Made by a program: the position numbers and the translations under genes. The notes under the pieces were generated by a model that made no database searches, was not told the DNA's origin, and saw only the letters and a program-made list of their open reading frames with translations. DNA of 64,000 bases from Candidatus Bathyarchaeota archaeon (GTDB taxonomy: Archaea; Thermoproteota; Bathyarchaeia; Bathyarchaeales; Bathycorpusculaceae). Of the stretch, positions 49,854-61,200 are shown one piece after another; within the stretch, counting starts at the first letter, position 1, and each line of letters begins with the position of its first letter. The stretch spans positions 96,001 through 160,000 of the forward strand of contig CAVYES010000008.1 in the NCBI GenBank assembly GCA_963767735.1, given 5' to 3'.

Positions 49854-51983
49854 TTAGGTTTTAGGGGATTGTTTAGTTTTTCTTCGCCTGTAAACTTCCA
49901 CGGTAACGAGCAGAACTAAAGCTATCAATATTATGATTAGGGTTATGAAGGAACTTACTGGAATCAAGATTGATCCAAGAACAATATATCGATCAATTTG
50001 TATCGTAACCGAAGTTGGCTTATTAACGGTTAGAGTTACAGCTTGATAACTGCTCTGTGCCCCTTGAGCATATGCCACTATCTGTACGTCGCCACCAATT
50101 ACATTATTGAAAGTTGCAGTTCCGTCGCCTTTAGTCATAGCTGAAAGCTGCTCTGTCGCCGGCCCATTCAACGTGACATTAGCATTTGAAATAGGAGTAC
50201 CGAAGAAGTCAACAACTGATACAGATACTGGAATGCCGTAGAGATTGCAAATTATTTGCAGTTGGCTTGCACCGAACGCTTCGATGGTTGTTTCGTTGAT
50301 TAGAATGTTGTCCTTATAAATTTGTAATCTGTACTTTCCAAAAGTAACTTGACTCGTGACTGAGCCCGAGCTACCGGTTGTAGCAGTATAGAATAAGCCA
50401 TTTGTTAATTCAACGAGGCTTATGCTGGCGCCAGGGATTGCAGCTTCATTATAACCGACTATATTGAAGGTTAATGTTTCGTTTGGGCAGGTTATCACGA
50501 AGTCTGAGAGCGCCTGTGCCGGAAGATTGGGGGTAGTATCATTACCAGAGTTGAAAACTTGATTGTATAATGAAGCGTTTATTGTGTAGCTAATTCCTGT
50601 CAGTGTGGAGTTTAGTTGGTAGGTTCCTGAAAGGTCTGTTTGGCCTGAAACATTTCCTGTTTGAGAAGCCCCACCGTTGGTCGGTTGATATTTATATGTA
50701 ATGGCTAAATTCACAAACGGCAGTACAATTCCATTTTCGTTTTGAACTGTTATTTTAAGGTCGGTTAATTGGCATGTAAGGGTGAAAGTGCCGTTGCCGA
50801 TGATAGTTACGTTGCTTTCTCCAACGTTAACCCCGTTCCAAAACCCGGTCAAAGAACAAGCACCTGTTTCAAGATGGAAGTCGGCTATGCCAGTTACTCC
50901 GCTTGTAGCGCTATAAGTTGTGCCGCTTGCAACATCCAAAGCTTGAACCTTTATACTAGAAACAATTTGACCGCCCAGATTTACTGTTTCAACTTGAATA
51001 GAGTATCCTGAAATCGAAAAGGTCTCTACATCTTGTATCGCTTTCTGGACGCCTGTGGGAGCTATTGTTACGGTATAGTCTCCAATCGCCGTGTTTGACT
51101 GAACTTGCCACGTTGCATCGATTACGCCTTCAGACGAAGCGGTTAGTGATTGAGTGTCGACAGTTGTGCTGGTTGAATTGTTGGCGATGCTCAGTGTTGC
51201 CGCCTGATTTGGTTGGTAACCTGTTGCGGCTATTGCTACTGTGTCGCCTCTATGATATGTGGTTGCATTAAGGAAGCCAACGGAAAATTGGGTGTCCGCC
51301 AAGGAGGTAGACTGGTTAAAGTAAACGTTGTAGGTGCCTACATAATCAGTGGTGTTTCCATCCGGTTGGAAGCTACTGTTTGGATAAGTGACTTGTGCAG
51401 TTGCAGTTCCACCTGAGTTAGAGGTCCCCATCGACACTGCTTGTGTAAATGTTGAGTTATCCGGTGTAACAACTGAAACGTTCGCAGCGTAGGCTGCGTT
51501 AGCAGATCCACCAGTTACGCTGACAGTTAATGCAACGCTGCTTCCTTCCTGTATTTGTGAAGGAACAGCAGTTACAATATAATTAGTTAAGACCAGGAAT
51601 GTTTCTGGCGTGGTACCAGTGGAGTTTACGTTAAGCTTGACGTCTCTCAGAGTTAGAGGATAACTGCCGGCTGGAGTGTAGGGTACTGTAAAGTTTGCGC
51701 TAACGTAATATCCCGCTGAGGTTCCGCTTGCGACAACAGTTTGGCCGAATATTAATTGGTAAGAACTATTAGAGTAGTAAATTGTTCCATCAAGATGAAA
51801 CGCTTGACCTGCAGTCCCGTTATATTGGCTTTGTCCGTTAACGATGTTTGATGTGGTTATCGGAGTTACCTGTAGAATTTCTACACCAAGACTGTTTTGC
51901 CCAAATACTGCAACAAAAGGTGATAGCGCAACGGCTAAAGACATTAAAACTAAGAGGGTAACTGCACCAATTTTTTTATTCAA
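49854..51983 (-). CDS. Cell-surface protein with Ig-like/carboxypeptidase-regulatory-like repeats
   Basis: Signal peptide, T/S/N-rich beta repeats (G.PISNANVTL, T..DG.ATF), C-terminal TM + RRRK. Confidence 0.8.
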   Translation of the reverse strand: MNKKIGAVTLLVLMSLAVALSPFVAVFGQNSLGVEILQVTPITTSNIVNGQSQYNGTAGQAFHLDGTIYYSNSSYQLIFGQTVVASGTSAGYYVSANFTVPYTPAGSYPLTLRDVKLNVNSTGTTPETFLVLTNYIVTAVPSQIQEGSSVALTVSVTGGSANAAYAANVSVVTPDNSTFTQAVSMGTSNSGGTATAQVTYPNSSFQPDGNTTDYVGTYNVYFNQSTSLADTQFSVGFLNATTYHRGDTVAIAATGYQPNQAATLSIANNSTSTTVDTQSLTASSEGVIDATWQVQSNTAIGDYTVTIAPTGVQKAIQDVETFSISGYSIQVETVNLGGQIVSSIKVQALDVASGTTYSATSGVTGIADFHLETGACSLTGFWNGVNVGESNVTIIGNGTFTLTCQLTDLKITVQNENGIVLPFVNLAITYKYQPTNGGASQTGNVSGQTDLSGTYQLNSTLTGISYTINASLYNQVFNSGNDTTPNLPAQALSDFVITCPNETLTFNIVGYNEAAIPGASISLVELTNGLFYTATTGSSGSVTSQVTFGKYRLQIYKDNILINETTIEAFGASQLQIICNLYGIPVSVSVVDFFGTPISNANVTLNGPATEQLSAMTKGDGTATFNNVIGGDVQIVAYAQGAQSSYQAVTLTVNKPTSVTIQIDRYIVLGSILIPVSSFITLIIILIALVLLVTVEVYRRRKTKQSPKT

Positions 51984-52200
51984 ACTGCTCTGCGCTCCAG
52001 ACTGATATTGCCATCCAGACGTTTAATGACTGATGATTTGACTAAGTTGATTTTAAACTTTGCCCATAAATCTTTGGGTAAAAAGCCTGAGCCAGTGATA
52101 CAACTTGAAAAAATCTGATTTCAAACCAAAAATTTCATTTAAGCAAGGGGATTTTTAAGGGACATAAGACTCACACTATGAATAAATTCGGTGAAAAACC

Positions 52201-53163
52201 TTGGAGAAAAACGCTGCCACCGTGCTTTCAGGCGCTTTAAAGAAGCAAAAATACCATTTGGTTGGCAGTCACTCTGCGGTTAAAAGGTGTAAATGGCTCT
52301 ATGAATCTATAGTTAATGATAGACACTGTTATAAACAGAAGTTTTACGGCATAAAATCGCACAGATGCATCCAAATGTCGCCCTCCCTTTACTATTGCAC
52401 TCAACAATGTTTGTTTTGTTGGAGAGCCCAAAGCGGAGATTTGCAGGTTACTTGGGACGAGATGAAAATTCCAATGCAAGACTCGCCGGAAGAAATTATT
52501 CAGGGAAGCCTTAAGGCGCAAGAAAAAATTTTAACTGGATACAAAGGAAACCCCAAAACAAACTGGCGCAAATTTCAAGAAGCTCTAACGCCTAAGCACG
52601 TTGCGATAAGTTTAACCGGTGAACCGACGCTCTACGAGCCGCTTGGAGACTTGATTGAGGCATTTCATCAAAAAGGTTTCACCACCTTTCTTGTTTCCAA
52701 TGGCACTTTGCCAAGTAAACTTTCAAATCTAAGCCAAGAACCCACCCAACTCTACATTTCAGTATGCGCGCCAAACGAGCCGATATACAAGCAGGTTTGC
52801 CGCCCACAATTTCCCAGCGCTTGGACAAAACTGAACGAAACGCTTGGCTTATTGCAGAGTTTCAATTGTCCCTCAGTAATCCGCATGACACTTGTAAAAG
52901 AGCGCAACATGAACAATGTGGATGAATACGCTAAAATTGTTGAAAAAGCCAATCCAACGTACATCGAAGCAAAAGCGTACATGCATATTGGTTTTTCAAG
53001 CCTCCGCTTGGGCTTTGAGAGCATGCCCCGGCATAGCGAAGTGAAGGATTTTGCTGAGCAGTTAGCTGAGAAGACCGGGTACAAAATTATTAATGAAGCC
53101 TCAGAAAGCAGAGTTGTGCTATTAAGCAGATTAGAGAAGCCTATTCAGGTTGCAACCAACTAG
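52201..53163 (+). CDS. taw1: Radical SAM 4-demethylwyosine synthase
   Basis: HSAVK.CKW, CYK.KFYGI.SHRC.QM, CTQQCLFCWR, AISL.GEP, E.KAYM..G.S. Confidence 0.95.
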   Translation: MEKNAATVLSGALKKQKYHLVGSHSAVKRCKWLYESIVNDRHCYKQKFYGIKSHRCIQMSPSLYYCTQQCLFCWRAQSGDLQVTWDEMKIPMQDSPEEIIQGSLKAQEKILTGYKGNPKTNWRKFQEALTPKHVAISLTGEPTLYEPLGDLIEAFHQKGFTTFLVSNGTLPSKLSNLSQEPTQLYISVCAPNEPIYKQVCRPQFPSAWTKLNETLGLLQSFNCPSVIRMTLVKERNMNNVDEYAKIVEKANPTYIEAKAYMHIGFSSLRLGFESMPRHSEVKDFAEQLAEKTGYKIINEASESRVVLLSRLEKPIQVATN

Positions 53164-53383
53164 CTGCATTAAGTAGATGAGTTTTTTTAGCTGGTTTTTT
53201 AGTTTAGGGCTTGAATTAGAGTTAGGATGTAGCTATTTCGGTAAATTTGGGTATATAAAGGGAAAGAGTCGCTGAGGAGCGTTTGTTTGTGAGCCTGCTA
53301 TTTAGTTATCAATTAGTATACTACGCAAATTTTTGGGAAATTGAAATAAATGACCCAGCAATTCATTCTAATCAGATGATAAG

Positions 53384-54050
53384 TTTGTCCTCTTTAGAGA
53401 CTATTCTTGGAGAAGTAAAAAACGAGCTCATGCAAAAAAACAAAATTCGCGAGGAAACACATGAAAGCATGCGGAAAGCAACTAGCCTATCCAAACAAGC
53501 AATACTGCTGATTCACCAGAAAAAATATGCTGAAGCTGAAGAATATATTGGGAACGCTAAAGAGAAAATTTCAAGCCTTCAGGCGTTATCTAAGGAGTAC
53601 CCTGAGATCATTTATGGTGGCATGTTTAGTGCAGCGCTTCAGGAGTATTCAGAAGCACGCATATTTTTGATTCTAGTCAAGGAATCGCGTTTTGTTACGC
53701 CAGCTGAGATTTGCGTGCCTTCGGTTGATTATGCGCTTGGTTTAGCGGATGTTATAGGTGAATACAGGCGCTTGGCACTTGACGATTTACGGGAAGGCGA
53801 AGTTAAAAAAGCGGAAGAATGCCTAGAAATTATGGATCAAGTTTTCATCCAAATGTTAGCGCTTGATGAGGCTTATATGCTTGTTCCAGGACTCAGGCAT
53901 AAATCTGACATTGCCAGAAGAATAATCGAGGCTACACGCGGCGACGTAACGTTGGAAATTCGCAGAAAATCTCTTGAAGATTACTTAAAAAAATTTCAGC
54001 CCCTAAAACGCAGCACTGCCAAACCCAAAACCAAAAAGGCTAACATTTGA
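53384..54050 (+). CDS. Translin/TRAX-family protein
   Basis: RE, S..AI..IH, QEYSEA, Y.LGLAD..GE.RR, LR.K.D; start approximate. Confidence 0.88.
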
Positions 54051-54736
54051 GTAAACCCCGCAAGTTAATGAAGAATTTTTCAGTACAAAAAGCGCACAAA
54101 ACTCAACTTTGTTTGTCACAAAAGATTATTTTAAAGGATAGATTACCGCCTAAAATTAGAACCATTGCAGGCGTTGATGTTTCATACATTGGCGAGGTTG
54201 GCGTCGGCGCGATAGCAGTCTTAGATTATGAATCGTTGAAGATTTTGGAAACCCAAGTCGCAACCTGCGAAGTTAGGATTCCCTACATTCCCACTTTGCT
54301 GTCTTTTAGAGAACTCCCTCCCGCTATGGCAGCAATAAACAAGTTGAAGGTTCAGCCCGATGTATTCTTTGTTGATGCACAGGGAATAGCTCATCCCTAT
54401 AGGTGCGGATTTGCCAGCCACCTTGGACTTGCAATTGGAAAACCAACTATTGGCGCTGCAAAAAGCAGGTTGACTGGTCAGCCGTTGGAGAGGGATGGGG
54501 GAACCTTTTTGGTTGATAAGGGCGAAGTCATCGGTGCTGTCGTGACTACAAAGCAGGGTGCCAAGCCCATTTACGTGAGCATTGGTCACATGGTGTCTCT
54601 TGAAACAGCCGTCAATATGGTTAAACACTGTGCAAAAAGCCGAATTCCTGAGCCACTGCTGCAAGCTCACAAGTTAGCGACCCAAGAGCGAATCAGGCTT
54701 ACGCAGGAAAGCAAAGTAAATATCGCTGAAAACTAA
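54047..54736 (+). CDS. nfi: Endonuclease V
   Basis: AGVDVSY, PYIP.LL.FRE, VD.QG.AHP..G.ASH.G, PTIG.AKS, S.GH, RIPEP...AH. Confidence 0.95.
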   Translation: MSKPRKLMKNFSVQKAHKTQLCLSQKIILKDRLPPKIRTIAGVDVSYIGEVGVGAIAVLDYESLKILETQVATCEVRIPYIPTLLSFRELPPAMAAINKLKVQPDVFFVDAQGIAHPYRCGFASHLGLAIGKPTIGAAKSRLTGQPLERDGGTFLVDKGEVIGAVVTTKQGAKPIYVSIGHMVSLETAVNMVKHCAKSRIPEPLLQAHKLATQERIRLTQESKVNIAEN

Positions 54737-54750
54737 ACTATCGATAGAGT

Positions 54751-55092
54751 GTGAATTATTTGGCTGAAGAAATTTCGTTCGCTGAATTCCAAAAACTCGA
54801 CTTGCGCATAGGGAAAATAATTGAGGCAACCCCGATTCCCAACTCAAAAAAGCTAATCAAGGTAACTGTTGACTTCGGGTCGGAGAAAAGGCAGGCGGTT
54901 GCAGGTCTGCTAAAGTATTATACGCCTGAGCAGTTGGTTGGCAAAAAATGTGTTTTTCTCTTGAACCTGCAGAGGCGCATGTTGGCGGGTGTGGAGTCGC
55001 AATGTATGGTTTTAGCCGCTGAAGATAGCGAAGGAAACGTTGTGGTGCTTGTGCCAGAGAAAGATATTGCTGAAGGAAGCAAAATCGGGTAA
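54751..55092 (+). CDS. Trbp111/MetRS C-terminal-like tRNA-binding protein
   Basis: F.KLDLRIGKI, KL....VDFG.E.RQ..AG, NL..R...G.ESQ.M.LAA. Confidence 0.9.
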   Translation: MNYLAEEISFAEFQKLDLRIGKIIEATPIPNSKKLIKVTVDFGSEKRQAVAGLLKYYTPEQLVGKKCVFLLNLQRRMLAGVESQCMVLAAEDSEGNVVVLVPEKDIAEGSKIG

Positions 55093-55199
55093 AAACAAGG
55101 ATTTATTTATTCCTCCAGATTCTTTTTATGCAGCTGGGGAAAAGTTAAATTAGTAAATTAAAGCAGGTTATTGTATAATTTATTGGGAAGGTTACTTTA

Positions 55200-56198
55200 A
55201 TGGCAGTTAATGAAGAAGCGCTTATGTGGGTCGAAAAGTATCGACCGAAAAACCTAAACGAAGTCGTAGATTTACACGACATCGTTGAAAGCCTCAAAGC
55301 TTTCATGAAAAACCCCAAAACGATGCCTCACCTCATGTTCGCGGGGATACCGGGCACTGGAAAAACGACCCTTGCAATCTGCATCGCGCATGAACTTTTT
55401 GGTCCAAGCTGGAAAAGCTTCACACTTGAACTCAACGCATCCGACGAAAGAGGCATCGACACCGTACGTGAAAGAATAAAAGATTTCTCGCGTTACAGTC
55501 GGACAGGTTTTGGAGATGCCCCGTTTGGGCTCATTATTCTGGATGAATGTGACCAGATGACTGGTCCTGCTCAGACTGCGCTGAGAAGAATAATGGAAAC
55601 CAGCAGCCGCACATCCAGGTTTATTCTGATATGTAACCAATCAAGCAAGATAATTGAGCCCATACAAAGCCGTTGCGCCATATTCCGTTTTTCAAGACTA
55701 GACAAGCAAGCGATGAAGGAGCAGTTGCAGTGCATAGCTAAAGCAGAAAACGTTAACCTGTCGCCTGAAGCAGCCGAAAGAATAGTGGACTATTCCGAAG
55801 GGGACCTAAGACACGCGATAAACGCGTTGCAGACAGCCTCAGCCTACAAGGAAGGATGTGTGGACGAGAAAACAGTTTTGCTGGTCGTCGGAGAAGCTAG
55901 CCCAATGCAAGTTCAAAAAATGATAAGGAAAGCGTTATTCGGCGACTTTATTGAAGCAAGGAAAACAATGTATGAGATAATGGGGTCCTACGGTTTTTCA
56001 GGCTCCGAAATAATACGCCAAGTGCAACGGGAAATCTTCAAAATGTCTGACCTTACGCCCGAACAAAAAGCAGAAATATCAAGCGTAATCGGCGAATACG
56101 ATTTCCGCTTAACACAGGGCGCAAACAGCGACATCCAGCTAAGCGCTTTGCTTGCTCAATTCGCAAAATTCGGTAAAGCCATAGGGGAAACCTATTGA
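55200..56198 (+). CDS. rfcS: Replication factor C small subunit
   Basis: WVEKYRP, GTGKTT, ELNASDERGID, LDE.D, IQSRC; no intein. Confidence 0.96.
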   Translation: MAVNEEALMWVEKYRPKNLNEVVDLHDIVESLKAFMKNPKTMPHLMFAGIPGTGKTTLAICIAHELFGPSWKSFTLELNASDERGIDTVRERIKDFSRYSRTGFGDAPFGLIILDECDQMTGPAQTALRRIMETSSRTSRFILICNQSSKIIEPIQSRCAIFRFSRLDKQAMKEQLQCIAKAENVNLSPEAAERIVDYSEGDLRHAINALQTASAYKEGCVDEKTVLLVVGEASPMQVQKMIRKALFGDFIEARKTMYEIMGSYGFSGSEIIRQVQREIFKMSDLTPEQKAEISSVIGEYDFRLTQGANSDIQLSALLAQFAKFGKAIGETY

Positions 56199-57433
56199 GC
56201 AACAATCTTTTATGGGTTGAAAAGTATCGCCCGAAAAAGATTGAAGACGTAGTGGGCAACGAAGAAGCGAAAGTCGCCTTCGTAGAGTGGCTGAAAAGCA
56301 AGCGACGAAGCAAAAAAGCAGTTTTACTTTACGGACCGCCCGGCGTTGGAAAAACAGCGTTGGTTAACGCTGCCGCTAAAGAATTCGGGTTCACCATTAT
56401 CGAGATGAACGCAAGCGATACCCGCTCAGAAAAAGCAATTAACGAAGTTGCCAAACCAGCCACCTCCTACATTGCATTAGACAATTTCTCAGTTGCAAAC
56501 AAAGGCAAAGGCAACCTTCTGTTCCTCGACGAAGTTGACGGCATCGCAGGCAACGAGGACAGAGGCGGAGTAGGCGCAATAATAAAAATCGTTGAAGAAT
56601 CCCGAGTGCCAGTTATAATGGCGGCAAACGACCCGGACATAGACAAACTAAGACCATTAAAGAAAGTCTGTTTGCTTATACGTTTTCAGCAAACCAGAAT
56701 TCCTCTCATCATTGCGATTTTGCAGAAAATTTGTTTGCTGGAGCATGTGAAGGCAGATTTTGAGGCGCTTGAGCATATCGCCCAAAATAGCAGAGGTGAC
56801 GTCCGGTCAGCCATAAATGACCTCCAAAGTCTCAGCGAAGAAAACAAGACCTTAACGCTTCAGGACACGATGGCGTTGACATATAGAAACAAAGACATTA
56901 GCATGGATGAAACCCTCAGAGGCTTTTTCTCAGCTAAATCGGTTGCTGAAGCATCAGCTTTACTTAGCCGCTCAAGCGTCGACTATGACGAATTTATAAT
57001 GTCAGTAGCCGACAATCTGCCCAAACGATACACTGATGCTCATGAGCTTGCAGCCGCCTACGATTTTGTTTCGCAGGCTGATGTTTTTCGGGGAAGAATC
57101 GGGACAGAGCATTGGTTTCTTTTAAAATATTTCTTTAATGCGTTGTCGCGTGCAGCCGCGGTTGCGCCGCCTGAATCATATAAGCCTTTTGAGTTGATTT
57201 CGCCGCCGATTAGGATTATTACTTTGTTTTGGACGAAGGGCAAAAGAACAATGTTGGATTCGATTTGCGGAAAAATCGGTGCCCAATGCCATGTTTCTCA
57301 TTCGATTGCTAAGCATGATTTTGTTCCATTCGTCAAGGTTATGCTGCAAAACCAAAAGTCAAGCCCGCTCATTTCATGGTTCAAGTTTACGCCTGAAGAG
57401 GTTGATTTCCTAACGAAAATGAATAGGTACTAG
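56195..57433 (+). CDS. rfcL: Replication factor C large subunit
   Basis: WVEKYRP, GPPGVGKT, E.NASD.R, DEVDG, GD.RSAINDLQ. Confidence 0.95.
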   Translation: MSNNLLWVEKYRPKKIEDVVGNEEAKVAFVEWLKSKRRSKKAVLLYGPPGVGKTALVNAAAKEFGFTIIEMNASDTRSEKAINEVAKPATSYIALDNFSVANKGKGNLLFLDEVDGIAGNEDRGGVGAIIKIVEESRVPVIMAANDPDIDKLRPLKKVCLLIRFQQTRIPLIIAILQKICLLEHVKADFEALEHIAQNSRGDVRSAINDLQSLSEENKTLTLQDTMALTYRNKDISMDETLRGFFSAKSVAEASALLSRSSVDYDEFIMSVADNLPKRYTDAHELAAAYDFVSQADVFRGRIGTEHWFLLKYFFNALSRAAAVAPPESYKPFELISPPIRIITLFWTKGKRTMLDSICGKIGAQCHVSHSIAKHDFVPFVKVMLQNQKSSPLISWFKFTPEEVDFLTKMNRY

Positions 57434-57446
57434 GAAGAAAGGAAAT

Positions 57447-57785
57447 ATGGTAATAGCTTTAAATCCTAAGGGTTTCAAGCTTCCAAGGGTTGAAAAGGAA
57501 AAGTTTGTTCTCCTAATACGTCTCGGGTTAGATTACAATCAAGGGTTGGGATTGTTCTCAATTAAAAACTGCAACAACACCGAAAAACTCATAGAGACCA
57601 TCGGCGGAATTTTAAACACTGAAGTGGTTTTTCTCCAAAGCTGCACGCGCTGCGGCAAAGACTTTCCATGTTCAGACTGCAAGTACAGTGAGTTATGCAC
57701 CACCAAAGATCTTCCGTTCAGTTGCGTTTGCCCTCAATGTTTGAGAGATAAAAAGCAGTTTGAAGAATACCTCGAAAAAATCTAG
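57447..57785 (+). CDS. Hypothetical protein with C-terminal Cys-rich (Zn-finger-like) domain
   Basis: CTRC...CSDC...C...CVCPQC; starts 13 nt after rfcL. Confidence 0.7.
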   Translation: MVIALNPKGFKLPRVEKEKFVLLIRLGLDYNQGLGLFSIKNCNNTEKLIETIGGILNTEVVFLQSCTRCGKDFPCSDCKYSELCTTKDLPFSCVCPQCLRDKKQFEEYLEKI

Positions 57786-58201
57786 TGCTAACCTTGTTAG
57801 CCAAAGAGAGAAGATATTCAAGCTTCATAAGAAGCGGAATGCTGATGGAGGATCAACCAAATAGCGAAAAAATCAAATTACTCTTGCCTTGAACAGTTTT
57901 CGAAGCTAAACCGTTTGCAGTTATTTAATTTTAAATTGGTTTTCGAATCCTTTCCTTTTTCTTGGGACGACTTGAAAAGATTAAGCTTCGTTTTCTAAAA
58001 AAGACAATGATCGATTGGCGATATTAGAGCATTTAGAGTTTGCTAAGGTCTTGGACTGCTTTAGTAGATAAGAAGCGCAAAAGCTGGCTGAAGGCTATTG
58101 CTTTTCGTGAATTTGACTAGACCTTCTCAGCTCTATTTTAATCGATGCTTTTAAAAAATAAAAAAAGAAAGAGAGATTTTGGTTGTTTTATCGTTTTTGT
58201 T

Positions 58202-61200
58202 TTATGGCTTTTTCCTTAGCAAGAGCAAACCTACTATGGCTACTGCGATGATTATTACAATTATTACAGCAACAATTCCATAGGTTAGGTCTGATGCTGT
58301 TGCAAGGCCTGATACTGGTGCAGCTGTAGGCGCTGAAGTAGCTGAAGGTGCTTGTACGATCATGGCGGTTTGTGCGCTTGAGCCCCAGTAACCGTTGGTG
58401 CCTGCGAATGTTGCAGTGACTGTGTATTTGCCTGGGACATTTGGAGCTGTCCACTGTAAGCTGTATAAGCCTTTTGAATCGGTTGTAGCGCTGCCGAGGG
58501 TGACGAAGTTGCCGTTTGGATCAATAGCGGTCAATGTCACTGTTACGCCTGTGAAGTTGGTTGGTTCTGCCTGCTGCTGGTAAACGTATTCCATCCAAGA
58601 TGTCATGCTTGCGTCAGACGCGCATGGAACGCCGCTTGGGAAGTCAGCTTTCACTGTTGATTGCTGTGTGCCTGCGGAAGTATCCATAACTGTGCCCTGC
58701 AAAAGTGCGCTGTTGCCTGCTGTTACAATTGGCTGTGGTGCCTGTACTGTAGTAGCGCTGGGTCCTTGACCTAGACTGTAAATTTGGTCGTCATACCCGT
58801 TAAAGACTGTTGAATAGCCGTCTGCGATAGCGAAGCTCTGGCTTCTGAACTCGCCGGTGTAATCTAAAAGAACCGTGCCTAGTATTTCTTGTCCTGTGGT
58901 GGCGTTAAGATCCTCTAATGTTGCTCCCTTGTAAATCGGGTCAGTGATTGTGTGCTCTGAAGTAACCAAGTATACTACTCCGTTTCCGATAGCGTTTATG
59001 AAAGTTGGGTAAACACCATAAGGCGTGGTAGTGCCAGCGAAGGTACTGTTGTCTGAGCCTGGTGCGCCGTTGCCCCAAGTCCATTCTATAGCTCCGGTTA
59101 AATCGTTATAGCAATAGCATACTCCTCCGAATGAACTAACGTACAGTTTGCCGTATGCAATCTGACCGCTGAGGTATGGATAGATTTGGTTGCCGTAGTA
59201 GTCGAAGGCTGTTTCAGTTGGAGTTGGTCCCCATATTTGAGCTCCTGACGTTAAACTGTATCCTACCCATTGCATAGTTTCCGCATAGCTTAAAACGAAG
59301 ATGCCGGTAACTGGGTCAACATCGCCTTGTACGACAGTGAGGTTGCCTGCTGGTGGGTTATATGTTTGCATCCATAGTATCGAACCGAGTGCCCCCCTAG
59401 ATGCGTTAAGGTTAACAGCGAAGTATGTGAATGGAAGTTGTGGGTAGCCGGCCTGAGTGTTCGCGAAACCTACAGGAAGAGAACCGTTTCTGCAAAGCAT
59501 CAGATCACCAGTGATAGCTGCAACAATTGTTACTGGATTAGTTCCGCCTGCCGCGAGGAAGCCAGTATTGGTTCCTTGTTCAGCGGGTAGTGCTAATTTT
59601 CCTGTGACGCTGTTAAGAGTGGCCTGCAGTGGCATAGTGTTGAGCCAGGGTACCGAAACGTTCCAGTCATAAGTATATGTCGGATTAGCGCTAGATGCGA
59701 GAAGACCTTCCGCGATGCCGACGCTTCCACTAACTGTCAATGTGGAACCATAAGGAACAAAGACACTTCCGCCAGCGGGTGTGGTACCAGTTTCACCTGT
59801 GATTGGAATTGGCAGAATCGGAACGAGAACGCCGTTTGTAGCGTTTATGATTGATGGTGACAGACTTCCTCCGCCAGTGTATGGATTAATGTCGTATATC
59901 CACAGTTTAGACATGTTCCACTCAGATAAGTACCAGTTTGGAGCCGCGGCTGTGCCTGCGTTAGCGAGGACATACCTCAACTGTTCGCCAGCTGGACCAG
60001 CTGCAACTCCGTTTGTGAGAGCTACGGCTGGCTGGCCATTTACGGTTTGGCCTGTTTGTGCTGCAAATCCTGGAACGCCTGTTACGTTGAACAGTGAGTC
60101 TCCTGTGTATGCATCAAACAACTCCCATGTTGCTGGGATACCTGTAAGTCCGCCTCCTGCAGTTGCAACTAGCACTGGTGGGTATACTCCGTGCTGGTCG
60201 GGGTCCCAAAGGTCATAGATGTAGCCGAATGATAGCGCTGGTACAGTAGTGCTGCTCCAAAGAACTTGTCCTGTTTGTAGGTTAACGGCGACTGTTGGTC
60301 CACTAGTGGGACCCGTGAATGATGATGGTGCTGTGTAGTATAGGTATCCGCCAATTATTATTGGGTTAATGAATCTTTGCTGGTATGCAGAGCCTTCGAA
60401 GTAGCCGACTCCTGTATCACTGGGGAACATGTTTCCGCCGACGATTCCTCCGCTTTCAATTGGCATTGTCCACATGACGTGGCTGGTTATAGGTCCAACG
60501 GCATCTCCTGGAGCTAACTCCAAAACGGAGTTGCTGGAGAAGCTGCTAATGTAACCGGCACCTCCTGATGAAAGAACAGCTGCACCTGAGCCTAGCCAGT
60601 TTGACGAAATCGTGTACCAGTTGGTGTTCTCTCCGAATATTGGGCGTGACCAGTAATTCGTTGGTAAAGGTTCGCTAGTTACGGGCGCAGTGATTGGTGT
60701 TGACTGCACTGTGAGTGTTGTTGATGCGCTGCTTGGCAAATAAGTATCGTTAACCAATATTGATCCAGAGTAGCCATTGCCATTCGCTCCATAGGCTTGT
60801 CCTCCGTAACTAAAGGTAAGATTGTATGTGCCGACGGTTGTAGGAGTAAAGTCATAAGACTGGTCTGATGTTGAGTCTTCGCAAATAGCCCAAGTTACTG
60901 TATTTACTGTACCGTTAGGCGATGTGATGATAAGGTTGTAGTTGTGGAATCTATAATCGTTTGCAAGCAATGCTGCGCTGGCGGTGTACCCGTTCGTACC
61001 TACAGCGGCGGTTGCTCCACCGGCTGCTCCATAAACGGGGTCAAGCCACATGTAAACGATCAGTGTCTGGCCGACACCAACAGGGTTAGGTGTCGCGTTA
61101 ATGTAAGCGTAGGTTGGAATTTGCCACGCAGGTGTATGTGCACTAGCATTTGGCATAAGCAATGCAGTTCCTGACAACGAAAGGGTTAAAATTATCGCAA

